Assembly: GCA_964390985.1 (NCBI GenBank)
Contig: CAYMKM010000002.1
Coordinates: 1 to 40,895 of the forward strand
Reading direction: 5' to 3'
DNA from: an uncultured Clostridia bacterium
GTDB lineage: Bacteria; Bacillota; Limnochordia; DTU080
DNA length: 40,895 nucleotides
Part shown: positions 1 to 7,797 of the stretch, piece by piece
How the letters are laid out: the number at the start of each line of letters is the position of its first letter
Numbering within the stretch: position 1 is the first letter of the stretch
Program-made: the position numbers and the translations under genes
The notes under the pieces: generated by a model
The model's database searches: none
Told to the model about the DNA's origin: nothing
Seen by the model: the letters and a program-made list of their open reading frames with translations, nothing else

Positions 1-58
1 AAAGCCTGTAGCCCACCTTGCTGCATTTTTGTTCTAAGTAATTCCAGACGGTTGTTCT

Positions 59-529
59 TCACGTTGTAGGCACATCCTTCTGCATGGCAGCTTTTTTATT
101 ATGTACCAAAGCGCGCAATGCCAGGCAGTAGCCGTTTGCCCCAAATCCTGCTATTTGACCAACGCAAGCGGCAGCTACCATGGAAACTTGGCGGAATTGT
201 TCGCGGTTATATATATTAGATAGGTGTACCTCTACGGCGGGCAGTTGCACTGCTATCAGTGCATCGCGTAAAGCAACACTGGTGTGCGTGTAAGCCCCCG
301 GATTAATAACAATGCCAGCTGCCCAACTGCGGGCATCGTGAATGGCGTCAATAAGAGCACCCTCATGATTGCTCTGCACTATTTGTACTTCTACGCCCAG
401 TTCGATAGCTGTTTTTTGTATAAGGGAGTTCACTTGCGCTAAAGAAGCGTGGCCATAAACATGCACTTCTCGTTCGCCCAGCAGGTTCAAATTGGGACCA
501 TGCAATACTAAATAATGTTGGCTACTCAC
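59..529 (-). CDS. aroQ: 3-dehydroquinate dehydratase, type II
   Basis: 156-aa ORF. '[20 protein letters not shown]', '[12 protein letters not shown]' and '[16 protein letters not shown]' are hallmark type II DHQase segments. GTG start at 529 lies 8 nt downstream of an AAGGGGG SD. Confidence 0.93.
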   Translation of the reverse strand: MSSQHYLVLHGPNLNLLGEREVHVYGHASLAQVNSLIQKTAIELGVEVQIVQSNHEGALIDAIHDARSWAAGIVINPGAYTHTSVALRDALIAVQLPAVEVHLSNIYNREQFRQVSMVAAACVGQIAGFGANGYCLALRALVHNKKAAMQKDVPTT

Positions 530-543
530 CTATCGCGCCCCCT

Positions 544-2169
544 TTACTCATCAACTAAATTGGCCAACAACCGGTGTAAATGCGCTTGATCGACTGGTTG
601 GGCGCTATGCGCCTTACCTAATTTCGATAAAAGCACAAAACGCGGCTGTGTGGCTTGCACCTTCTTATCGCGGCTTATGACCTCAAGCAAATCTTGACTA
701 ATTAAACCGGGAGCAGCCACAGGTAACCCGGCCCTTTTAAGTAGGTTCACTAATCGTTCTACTATTTCGTGTGGTAGCCCTATTTTCGCGGAAAGTTGGG
801 TAGCTAATACCATGCCCGCTGCTACAGCTTCGCCATGCGTCCACGATTTATAGCCAGTGACTGTCTCAATAGCATGTCCTACAGTATGGCCAAAGTTTAG
901 CACCTCACGTACATTGCTTTCACGTTCATCAGCACTAACAACCGCACTTTTTATTTCGCAAGACCTTTGCACGCACCAAGCTAACGCCTGTGACTTGCCA
1001 GCTAAAATATCTGGTAGATTCTCTTCAATATAACTAAAAAGACTGGCATCAGCAATTAAACCATGTTTAACCACTTCTGCCAACCCAGAAACAAGTTGTC
1101 GTTTGGGGAGTGAAACTAAAGTGTTCATATCAGCCACAACTAACCAAGGCTGATAAAAAGAACCAACCAAGTTTTTACCTTCCGGTAAATCAATAGCTAC
1201 TTTCCCCCCCACACTAGCATCAACCTGGGCCAATAAACTGGTGGGCACTTGAACGAGTGGAATACCTCGCAACCAAGTGGCAGCTGCATAACCAGCCAAA
1301 TCACCAGTCACACCGCCACCAACAGCCACTATTAGCGATTGGCGATCTAAACGCTCACGCGCACCAGCCGTATAAAGATCGTATAAGTGTTTTGCCGTTT
1401 TACTCTCTTCTCCGGCGGGGAATATGGCTATTTCTGCATGCCAACCTGCAGCACGTAGCGCTCCTAGCACTTGTTTTCCGTATAAAGGGGCTACGTTGGA
1501 ATCGGATACAACTAGCGCCCGGCCTATTGGTAGCGGTATTAAACTAGGTAACAATGGCAATAAGCCGCTGCCCACATGAATTTGATAACGACGCTGAACT
1601 GTATTCACAGAGATGGTTTGATACCCACCACTTTGGCTGAGGTTTTCCCAAAGGTGACTCACTTGGGTTACTGCGCTAGTAACACATACACTGGATATAA
1701 CCGCATGCGCTTGGGCGTATATGGGGAGGCGTTCGTTGTATAGCACCTGTAAGCGTTGGCCATCTTGCTCGTTGGCTAAAAGTGGTCGCTGCCCTTGCCT
1801 GCTGGCTCTATCCAGCATGACGGCGAGTGGTGCATCTAACCATATCACCAGCGCATTAGCGTTTAAAGCTCGCATAGTGTCCTGATTTGCAACTGCCCCG
1901 CCTCCGGTGGCAATAACGGCTGGTTCCTGACTAATGGCCGCCTCTTGTACCACCTGTGCCTCTATTTTTCTAAAGGTCGATTCACCTTGCACAGCAAAAA
2001 TGTTACTAATACTGGTACTCGCTACTTCCTCAATCAATGTATCGGTATCAATAAAACGCAGTCCCAATTCATTGGCCAGCATGCGTCCGATAGTAGTTTT
2101 GCCAGCACCCATAAACCCAATTAAAGCGATATGGCGTGGCAAACCGTTGGCAATCGGTTGCTTAAACAT
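544..2169 (-). CDS. aroK/aroB: Bifunctional shikimate kinase / 3-dehydroquinate synthase (AroK-AroB fusion)
   Basis: 541 aa. The N-terminal ~165 aa has Walker A 'GFMGAGKTTIGRMLA' and a shikimate-kinase layout. The C-terminal ~360 aa has AroB motifs 'GGGVTGDLAGYAAATWLRGIPLVQVPTSLLAQVDASVGGK', 'NFGHTVGHAIE' and 'HGEAVAAGM'. The start overlaps the aroC stop by 8 nt. Confidence 0.9.
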   Translation of the reverse strand: MFKQPIANGLPRHIALIGFMGAGKTTIGRMLANELGLRFIDTDTLIEEVASTSISNIFAVQGESTFRKIEAQVVQEAAISQEPAVIATGGGAVANQDTMRALNANALVIWLDAPLAVMLDRASRQGQRPLLANEQDGQRLQVLYNERLPIYAQAHAVISSVCVTSAVTQVSHLWENLSQSGGYQTISVNTVQRRYQIHVGSGLLPLLPSLIPLPIGRALVVSDSNVAPLYGKQVLGALRAAGWHAEIAIFPAGEESKTAKHLYDLYTAGARERLDRQSLIVAVGGGVTGDLAGYAAATWLRGIPLVQVPTSLLAQVDASVGGKVAIDLPEGKNLVGSFYQPWLVVADMNTLVSLPKRQLVSGLAEVVKHGLIADASLFSYIEENLPDILAGKSQALAWCVQRSCEIKSAVVSADERESNVREVLNFGHTVGHAIETVTGYKSWTHGEAVAAGMVLATQLSAKIGLPHEIVERLVNLLKRAGLPVAAPGLISQDLLEVISRDKKVQATQPRFVLLSKLGKAHSAQPVDQAHLHRLLANLVDE

Positions 2170-3328
2170 GCATTAGTTCCTCCTGCCAGCGGCGGTACCG
2201 TAAGGTTATCTCCTGCATGTTGTCGCCACCCAGTTTCTCTAGGAAAGCAACGGCTAATTCCCAAGCTACAGCGGCTTCACCCACTACAGCCGCTGCTGGT
2301 ACAGCGCAGGTGTCTGAGCGCTCTACCCCAGCCATAGAAGGCTCTTTAGTGTGCATATCTATGCTAGCCAGTGGCTTGTATAAAGTGGCAATAGGCTTCA
2401 TGGCTGCACGCACCACTAATGGTTCGCCGTTAGTCATGCCACCTTCAATGCCGCCAGCATTATTGGTAGGTCTGTAATACCCCCAGCCAGCACTAGCCGG
2501 ATGGTACGCGATTCCATCGTGTACTTGTGAGCCTAGTAGCTGCGCTACTTGGAATCCCATACCTATTTCTACGCCTTTAATGGCTTGAATACTCATTAAC
2601 GACATCGCCAAGCGGCCATCGAGTTTACGATCCGGGTGCACATAGCTACCCAACCCCGGTGGCAAGCCAAAAACTGCAACTTCAAAAACGCCACCCACGC
2701 TATCGCCAGCTTGCTTAGCTGCATCAATAACCCGACACATTTGTTCGGCCACAGTAGGTTCACCACAACGCACAGGACACAGCTCTGCTTTTTCATACAC
2801 TTGAATATTTGGTATAACACTAGGTGCCTGTACATTACCTATGCGTATAACGCGACTATGCACACTGACGCCGAATTCTGCCAACAGCCGCCGCGCCAGT
2901 GCGCCAACTACCACTCGGGTGGCTGTCTCCCGAGCACTAGCACGTTCTAGGGTGTGGCGAATATCAGTATGGTTATACTTTACGCTGCCTACTAAATCTG
3001 CATGGCCGGGACGCGGTCGCGTCATTTGCTCTTCTGCTCTCCCAGGCACTGGAGCAGGGTTCATCTTTTCTTGCCAGTTAGGCCAATCACGGTTGTTTAT
3101 TTGCACAGCTACCGGGCTACCCAAAGTGAAGCCATGCCGTACACCAGCGAGCAATATTGCTGTATCGCTTTCAATTTTCATACGCTCGCCCCGGCCATAC
3201 CCAACCTGACGGCGGGCCAAATCTCGGTCTATGTCATCGGCATGCAAAGGTAAACCAGATGGTACGCCCTCCACTATAGCCACCAATGCTTGCCCGTGTG
3301 ACTCTCCTGCGGTAAGATACCTTAGCAC
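2162..3328 (-). CDS. aroC: Chorismate synthase
   Basis: 388 aa. 'MLRYLTAGESHGQALVAIVEGVPSGL', 'GRGERMKIE', 'RPGHADL' and 'ERSDTCAVPAA' match chorismate synthase. GTG start at 3328 follows a GGAGGTGG SD. Confidence 0.95.
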   Translation of the reverse strand: MLRYLTAGESHGQALVAIVEGVPSGLPLHADDIDRDLARRQVGYGRGERMKIESDTAILLAGVRHGFTLGSPVAVQINNRDWPNWQEKMNPAPVPGRAEEQMTRPRPGHADLVGSVKYNHTDIRHTLERASARETATRVVVGALARRLLAEFGVSVHSRVIRIGNVQAPSVIPNIQVYEKAELCPVRCGEPTVAEQMCRVIDAAKQAGDSVGGVFEVAVFGLPPGLGSYVHPDRKLDGRLAMSLMSIQAIKGVEIGMGFQVAQLLGSQVHDGIAYHPASAGWGYYRPTNNAGGIEGGMTNGEPLVVRAAMKPIATLYKPLASIDMHTKEPSMAGVERSDTCAVPAAAVVGEAAVAWELAVAFLEKLGGDNMQEITLRYRRWQEELMHV

Positions 3329-3349
3329 TGGTCCACCTCCGCAAATCCA

Positions 3350-4510
3350 TTATTGTATAAGACGGGGCCGTATTGAAGCAGCAACACCAGCAGGTAGTAT
3401 TATGCGTATCACCACTTGGCGTTGAAGTGCTTGTAACCAGCCCATACCGTGAATCGCTACCTCTTGATCAATAGGCAACGCTATTTCAACCTCTTCCCAG
3501 CCTAAATCGGGCCAACGCTCGTTACATTTTTGGCATTTAATTAGCATTAGGCCATCTTCCTGCGTCATAAGAGCTTGAAATTTGCTTTCAGTTATGCGGC
3601 GGGCAGCCACTGCCGATGATATGTAAAGACGAATGCCTACGGCTGCAGATTCTGCCGAAGAACTAACCAGCGTTACCGCGGCGAATTCGCCCAAAGTGAT
3701 GCTCTGACCAGGTTTTAGGCGAATTAAGCGACTGCGTAACCGTTTAGTGGACGCTATTTTTTGGCTGCACACACTGCAAACCACATTACAAAGACTGTCT
3801 TTCACTGTTAGATCAGGTGTATCTACTAGCTTTATTTTACTTTTTGGCTCCGGGCTGTTCACCTTTGTGGTTGGATTAACCTTTTTACTACGTCGGCGGT
3901 GACTAACACTGCGTTTACTGTTCGTTGTCGGTGACGATACAGCTTGTTCTGCCGCAGTCGGAGCGTTATCTGGCGTCGTTTTTTTCTTGCGCGTTGGCCT
4001 ACGGGTTCGCCGGCGCGAAACAGCTACAGCTTGTACTTTGTCTTTTCCGTCACTCTCATCATCTATAAGCATATTAGAACTGGTACGGCGTAAGCGTCCT
4101 TTCTTCGCCGTCGTTTGTTTAGATGTATCATTTAATAATTTGAACAGGGCAGTTTTCCCCACACCCGTAGCGCCTATGAGCGCTACGGTTCCCTTCCCGT
4201 GCAACTCCTTTACAACCCATTTCCACAAGTCAGAAATACCAACACGGCTTTTGGCACTGATCACTTGCACATCGCGGACGGAAATATCAATTTGATCCAG
4301 GTATTTATGAACCCAATTTACAACCTGAGTCTCACTCACCTTGGATGGCAATAAATCAAATTTGTTGAGAACCAGCACCATTTTATGTGCATAATTAGCA
4401 ACCACTCTGCGACTGAAGGTGGAGGGAAAATCAGTAGCATCAGCCACATAAATAATCAGATCAGCCGATTCTGCTGACTCTCTGATGGCAGTTAATGTAT
4501 TTTGTTGCAT
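3350..4510 (-). CDS. yqeH: Circularly permuted YqeH-like GTPase, atypical (no N-terminal Zn finger, large basic insert)
   Basis: I chose ATG 4510 (GGAGG SD, 6-nt spacer) over ORF-track start 4573, which overlaps yqeG. Motif order is G4 'NKFD', G5 'SAK', G1 'GATGVGKT', then 'DTPD' at the G3 position. The C-terminal domain ('ITLGEFAAV', 'HGMGW', 'IRPRLIQ') is colinear with B. subtilis YqeH. It lies immediately downstream of yqeG, as in Bacillus. Confidence 0.72.
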   Translation of the reverse strand: MQQNTLTAIRESAESADLIIYVADATDFPSTFSRRVVANYAHKMVLVLNKFDLLPSKVSETQVVNWVHKYLDQIDISVRDVQVISAKSRVGISDLWKWVVKELHGKGTVALIGATGVGKTALFKLLNDTSKQTTAKKGRLRRTSSNMLIDDESDGKDKVQAVAVSRRRTRRPTRKKKTTPDNAPTAAEQAVSSPTTNSKRSVSHRRRSKKVNPTTKVNSPEPKSKIKLVDTPDLTVKDSLCNVVCSVCSQKIASTKRLRSRLIRLKPGQSITLGEFAAVTLVSSSAESAAVGIRLYISSAVAARRITESKFQALMTQEDGLMLIKCQKCNERWPDLGWEEVEIALPIDQEVAIHGMGWLQALQRQVVIRIILPAGVAASIRPRLIQ

Positions 4511-4535
4511 AAGTAACCTCCATGCATACGCCCTG

Positions 4536-5087
4536 TCATTTTTGTCGGTGGCAACTCTGTTGCCTTTGGGCAACGGCTCCCTCCAAGAGCATACCTTTTT
4601 TTTGCAGACGAGTTAGAATACGGCGCTCCAAGTGCCGAACCATACGTGTATAATGTAACTCTTTATCACTGATAGGGTTAATAAGTATGGTGTATAACCC
4701 CATGCGATTACCACCAAGAACATCAGTGAAAACTTGGTCGCCAATGACTGCTGTTTCCTCTGGTTTTACATTAAGCAGTGCCAGTGCCCGCCGAAAAGGA
4801 CGTTTAGCTGGTTTAATTGCCTTTGGTATGGCTGGCACGCCCAGCTGCTTGGCAATACCCTCTACCCGCTCTTGCAAACTGTTTGAAGCTATGCAAATGC
4901 GAAAACCAAGTTCACATGCTGCATTTACCCATGCACGCATTGCATTGGGTACTTCAATGGCATCCCAACCTAATAAGGTATTATCCAAATCGAGTATTAG
5001 TGCCGTAATACCCTTAGAATATAGTTGCTGCAAATCAATATCAAGAACCGAATTAGCCACTTGATTTGGACAGAACAATTTCAGCAA
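4536..5087 (-). CDS. yqeG: YqeG-family HAD-IIIA phosphatase
   Basis: 'ALILDLDNTLLGWD', 'IASNS' and 'IGDQVFTDVLGGNRMG' are HAD motifs I-III. The N-terminus 'LLKLFCPNQV..SVLDID' aligns with B. subtilis YqeG 'MLKKFF..'. I therefore prefer TTG 5087 (GGGGG SD 6 nt upstream) over ORF-track ATG 5147. The start is uncertain by 60 nt. Confidence 0.85.
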   Translation of the reverse strand: MLKLFCPNQVANSVLDIDLQQLYSKGITALILDLDNTLLGWDAIEVPNAMRAWVNAACELGFRICIASNSLQERVEGIAKQLGVPAIPKAIKPAKRPFRRALALLNVKPEETAVIGDQVFTDVLGGNRMGLYTILINPISDKELHYTRMVRHLERRILTRLQKKGMLLEGAVAQRQQSCHRQK

Positions 5088-5152
5088 GAAGGGCCCCCAA
5101 TAGTCAATATTACAGTAAGGCGGCGCAATTGGCCGCCTGTATCGCATGCTTT

Positions 5153-5161
5153 ATTATATCA
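5153..5161 (-). promoter_or_regulatory. Extended -10 promoter element (TGaTATAAT) upstream of yqeG
   Basis: The minus strand reads TGATATAAT, a perfect -10 with a TGn extension, in the short sigK-yqeG spacer. There is no convincing -35. Confidence 0.45.
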
Positions 5162-5177
5162 CAAACTAATTCACCTT

Positions 5178-5885
5178 CTACCCTTGTGTACCCTCCGGTA
5201 ATAACGATTCTTGCAGCTTATTTATAGCACGCTTCTCTATGCGGGAAACATACGAACGGGAAATACCTAAACAACGGGATATTTCGCGCTGTGTTTTACG
5301 TACGCCGTCTATTAAACCATAGCGCAGCTCTAATACTCTTTTTTCCCGTCGATTGAGCCGTAATAATCGATCCAACATTTTCTCTTGCTCAATTCGCAAT
5401 TCAACATGTTCGCTCACGTCAATGTCGCTGGCCAAAATATCCAGCAGTGTGATTTCATTCCCCTCTTTATCAGAACCAATGGGGTCATGCAACCGCACTT
5501 CATTCCGTGTTTTTTTGGTTGAGCGCAAATACATCAGTATTTCGTTCTCTATGCAGCGAGCAGCGTACGTTGCTAACCGTGTTTGTTTGTGCCGATTGTA
5601 CGTGTTAATCGCTTTTATTAAACCGATTGTGCCAATAGATATCAAGTCATCGATATCTTCGCCGGTGTTATCGAATTTCTTCACAATGTGAGCTACCAGA
5701 CGTAAGTTCCTCTCCACTAGTATGTTACGGGATCGTTCGTCCCCTTTCTCCATGGCCTCAAGATGCTGCGCTTCTTCTTCTGCTTTCAACGGAATGGGAA
5801 ATACACTGCTGTTGGTGACATAAGATACCAAAAAAGTTAACCCATGCAAAAGCGCTGTCAATACAGCTCCCAGCAGCGATAACAA
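5178..5885 (-). CDS. sigK: Sporulation RNA polymerase sigma-K precursor (uninterrupted)
   Basis: 235 aa, near-colinear with B. subtilis pro-sigma-K. Matching segments are the pro-sequence '[16 protein letters not shown]', '[33 protein letters not shown]', '[18 protein letters not shown]' and '[14 protein letters not shown]'. TTG start at 5885 lies 7 nt downstream of an AAGGAGG SD. Confidence 0.9.
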   Translation of the reverse strand: MLSLLGAVLTALLHGLTFLVSYVTNSSVFPIPLKAEEEAQHLEAMEKGDERSRNILVERNLRLVAHIVKKFDNTGEDIDDLISIGTIGLIKAINTYNRHKQTRLATYAARCIENEILMYLRSTKKTRNEVRLHDPIGSDKEGNEITLLDILASDIDVSEHVELRIEQEKMLDRLLRLNRREKRVLELRYGLIDGVRKTQREISRCLGISRSYVSRIEKRAINKLQESLLPEGTQG

Positions 5886-5971
5886 AGCGTCACCTCCTTA
5901 TTGGGCACCGTCAATACACAACACATACAATGTGTATGCCAGGTGCAAGAAGGTTGTGCGCGTCCCGTTTG

Positions 5972-7051
5972 TTACTGCTGTTCTTTTAGATAACGACGCG
6001 CCTCTAGATGCTCTTGATACGTGGAAGAGAAGATGTGAGTGCCATCGCCGCGAGCCACAAAATATAGGTAATTTGTAGCGGCTGGGTGCAATACCGCCAG
6101 AATTGCTTCTTTTCCTGGACTAGCAATTGGTCCGGGCGGCAATCCGGGGTATTTGTAAGTGTTGAAAGGTGAATCAATGGCAATATCTTGTAAGGATAGA
6201 TAGGTTGGTGGATTCTCCATTACATACTTTACACTTGGATCTGCTTGTAGGGGCATGCCTAACCGCAGGCGTTTCAAAAATACGGCGGCAATAAGCGGTC
6301 TTTCTTCAGCCACTTGTGCCTCTTTTTCTACCAACGAAGCCAACGTGAGTAGCTTATGGAAATCAAAACCAGCAGGTAACCCCGCTTCTTCTACCAGCGG
6401 CCAAGCTACTTGCTGCATGCGTAGAAGCATCATGCGTAAAATGGTGTGCACTGGTGTACCTGGTGCAATTTTATAGGTATCGGGGAATAGGTACCCTTCC
6501 AAAGTGGGCCCTGGTAGTGGATAATCTAGTTCGAGCTCCGGAAGGCTTTTAGGATCAGTCGCCATAGCCATAAAAGACTCTTTATCAACCAAATCTGCCT
6601 GGGCTAAAGCATCAGCTATTTGTTGCAGGTTGTACCCTTCCGGGATAATAATTCCTTGATTAGCCACTGATCCGTTTTTTATATGTAAAACAATGAACGG
6701 CGGCGACCAACTAGGAGGCAAGCTATAAAAGCCCGCTTGCAGCTTACCTTCCGCGCCTAGCAGCCGAGCCCACACCACAAATTGATCAGCAGAACGAATC
6801 ACATTTTCCTGCTCTAGCTGACGGGCAATTGCTCGTGTACCCGCTCCAGAAGCTACTCGCACTGATATGGCCTGCGCTCCGGGACCTGCTGCCGGTAGGC
6901 ATAAATACAACGCAAGCAACAAAATAATCAATGCCACCCCCGCCAGAATTATATAGCGGGGATGGCGAAATAGAGTTGACCTGAGATTGGTGCTTTTAGT
7001 CCTCAGAATCGTCCTGATCTTCTTCCATATCGGCCCAAGCGGCCGCCACAC
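5972..7051 (-). CDS. mltG: Endolytic murein transglycosylase MltG (YceG-like)
   Basis: An N-terminal TM 'YIILAGVALIILLLALYL' is followed by 'EKEAQVAEERPLIAAVFLKRL', 'LQADPSVKYV' and 'DSPFNTYKYPGLPPGPIASPG'. I chose GTG 7051 (GAGGAA SD, 7-nt spacer). ATG 7072 and 7066 are also possible. Every candidate start overlaps the DUF1292 gene. Confidence 0.85.
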   Translation of the reverse strand: MWRPLGPIWKKIRTILRTKSTNLRSTLFRHPRYIILAGVALIILLLALYLCLPAAGPGAQAISVRVASGAGTRAIARQLEQENVIRSADQFVVWARLLGAEGKLQAGFYSLPPSWSPPFIVLHIKNGSVANQGIIIPEGYNLQQIADALAQADLVDKESFMAMATDPKSLPELELDYPLPGPTLEGYLFPDTYKIAPGTPVHTILRMMLLRMQQVAWPLVEEAGLPAGFDFHKLLTLASLVEKEAQVAEERPLIAAVFLKRLRLGMPLQADPSVKYVMENPPTYLSLQDIAIDSPFNTYKYPGLPPGPIASPGKEAILAVLHPAATNYLYFVARGDGTHIFSSTYQEHLEARRYLKEQQ

Positions 7052-7322
7052 TTTCAAGTTCCTCATCGTCATCTACCAAAACTAGTTGATCCTCACCATC
7101 GACGTTTTCTATGCGAAACACCAAATACTCTACTTCTTCGAAGTCTTCATCGTCCATGTCTTCATCGTAGTCTTCTTCTTCTTCATCCATGATGAAGCCT
7201 TCCTCCGGTAATAAAATAAAGTAGCTTTGATCGCCCACCACTACCAACTGCTCTACAGTGAAGTGATGCTCCTGACCCTCTTCATCCAGCAAAGTGATCA
7301 TGTCATTTTCGTGTTCCGTCAT
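6996..7322 (-). CDS. DUF1292 family acidic protein (YrzB-like)
   Basis: 'ITLLDEEGQEHHFTVEQLVVVGDQSYFILLPEE' is the DUF1292 core, followed by a strongly acidic tail. ATG 7322 follows an AGAGGTGG SD and is preferred over TTG 7343. The position between ruvX and mltG is the conserved one. Confidence 0.8.
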   Translation of the reverse strand: MTEHENDMITLLDEEGQEHHFTVEQLVVVGDQSYFILLPEEGFIMDEEEEDYDEDMDDEDFEEVEYLVFRIENVDGEDQLVLVDDDEELESVAAAWADMEEDQDDSED

Positions 7323-7797
7323 TTGTGCCACCTCTTTCGTCAAGTGGGTGTTCTCTACGTTGCATCAGTGACCGCTGCTTATCCAGATAACCCTGCAAAA
7401 TTAGGGCGGCAGCTAGCTGGTCTACTTTTTGTCGCCGTTTTTTACGGCTAATATCTGCTGATAGCAAAACAGCTTCGGCCATTGTGGTAGAATACCTTTC
7501 GTCCATATAATAAACAGGCAACCCGGAAATCTGTTGTAATTGTGTGGCAAAAGCCCGTACTTTCTCCGCCTCCGGCCCTTCGCAACCGCTAGTGCGTAAC
7601 GGTAAGCCTACTACAAAACCCCCAGCATGTTCGTTTTTGGCTGTGTGTACCAACGATTCAATATCGGCTTGCAGTGATGAACGTTGCAACACACCGCGCG
7701 CCTGAGCAGTTAAACCTAGTTCGTCACTGACGGCTATACCAATACGGCGTTCACCCACATCAAGACCGACTAACCTAACACTACTACTATCCATCAT
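7303..7797 (-). CDS. ruvX: Holliday junction resolvase-like / pre-16S rRNA nuclease RuvX (YqgF)
   Basis: 'VGLDVGERRIGIAVSD', 'GGFVVGLPL' and 'DERYSTTMAE' match RuvX. The ATG overlaps the upstream stop (ATGA). Confidence 0.9.
   Translation of the reverse strand: MMDSSSVRLVGLDVGERRIGIAVSDELGLTAQARGVLQRSSLQADIESLVHTAKNEHAGGFVVGLPLRTSGCEGPEAEKVRAFATQLQQISGLPVYYMDERYSTTMAEAVLLSADISRKKRRQKVDQLAAALILQGYLDKQRSLMQRREHPLDERGGTNDGTRK

Noticed and set aside
5178-5885. A possible skin-like intervening element or split sigK.
   Set aside because: The ORF is colinear with full-length pro-sigma-K from pro-sequence to region 4.2, with no interruption and no nearby recombinase.
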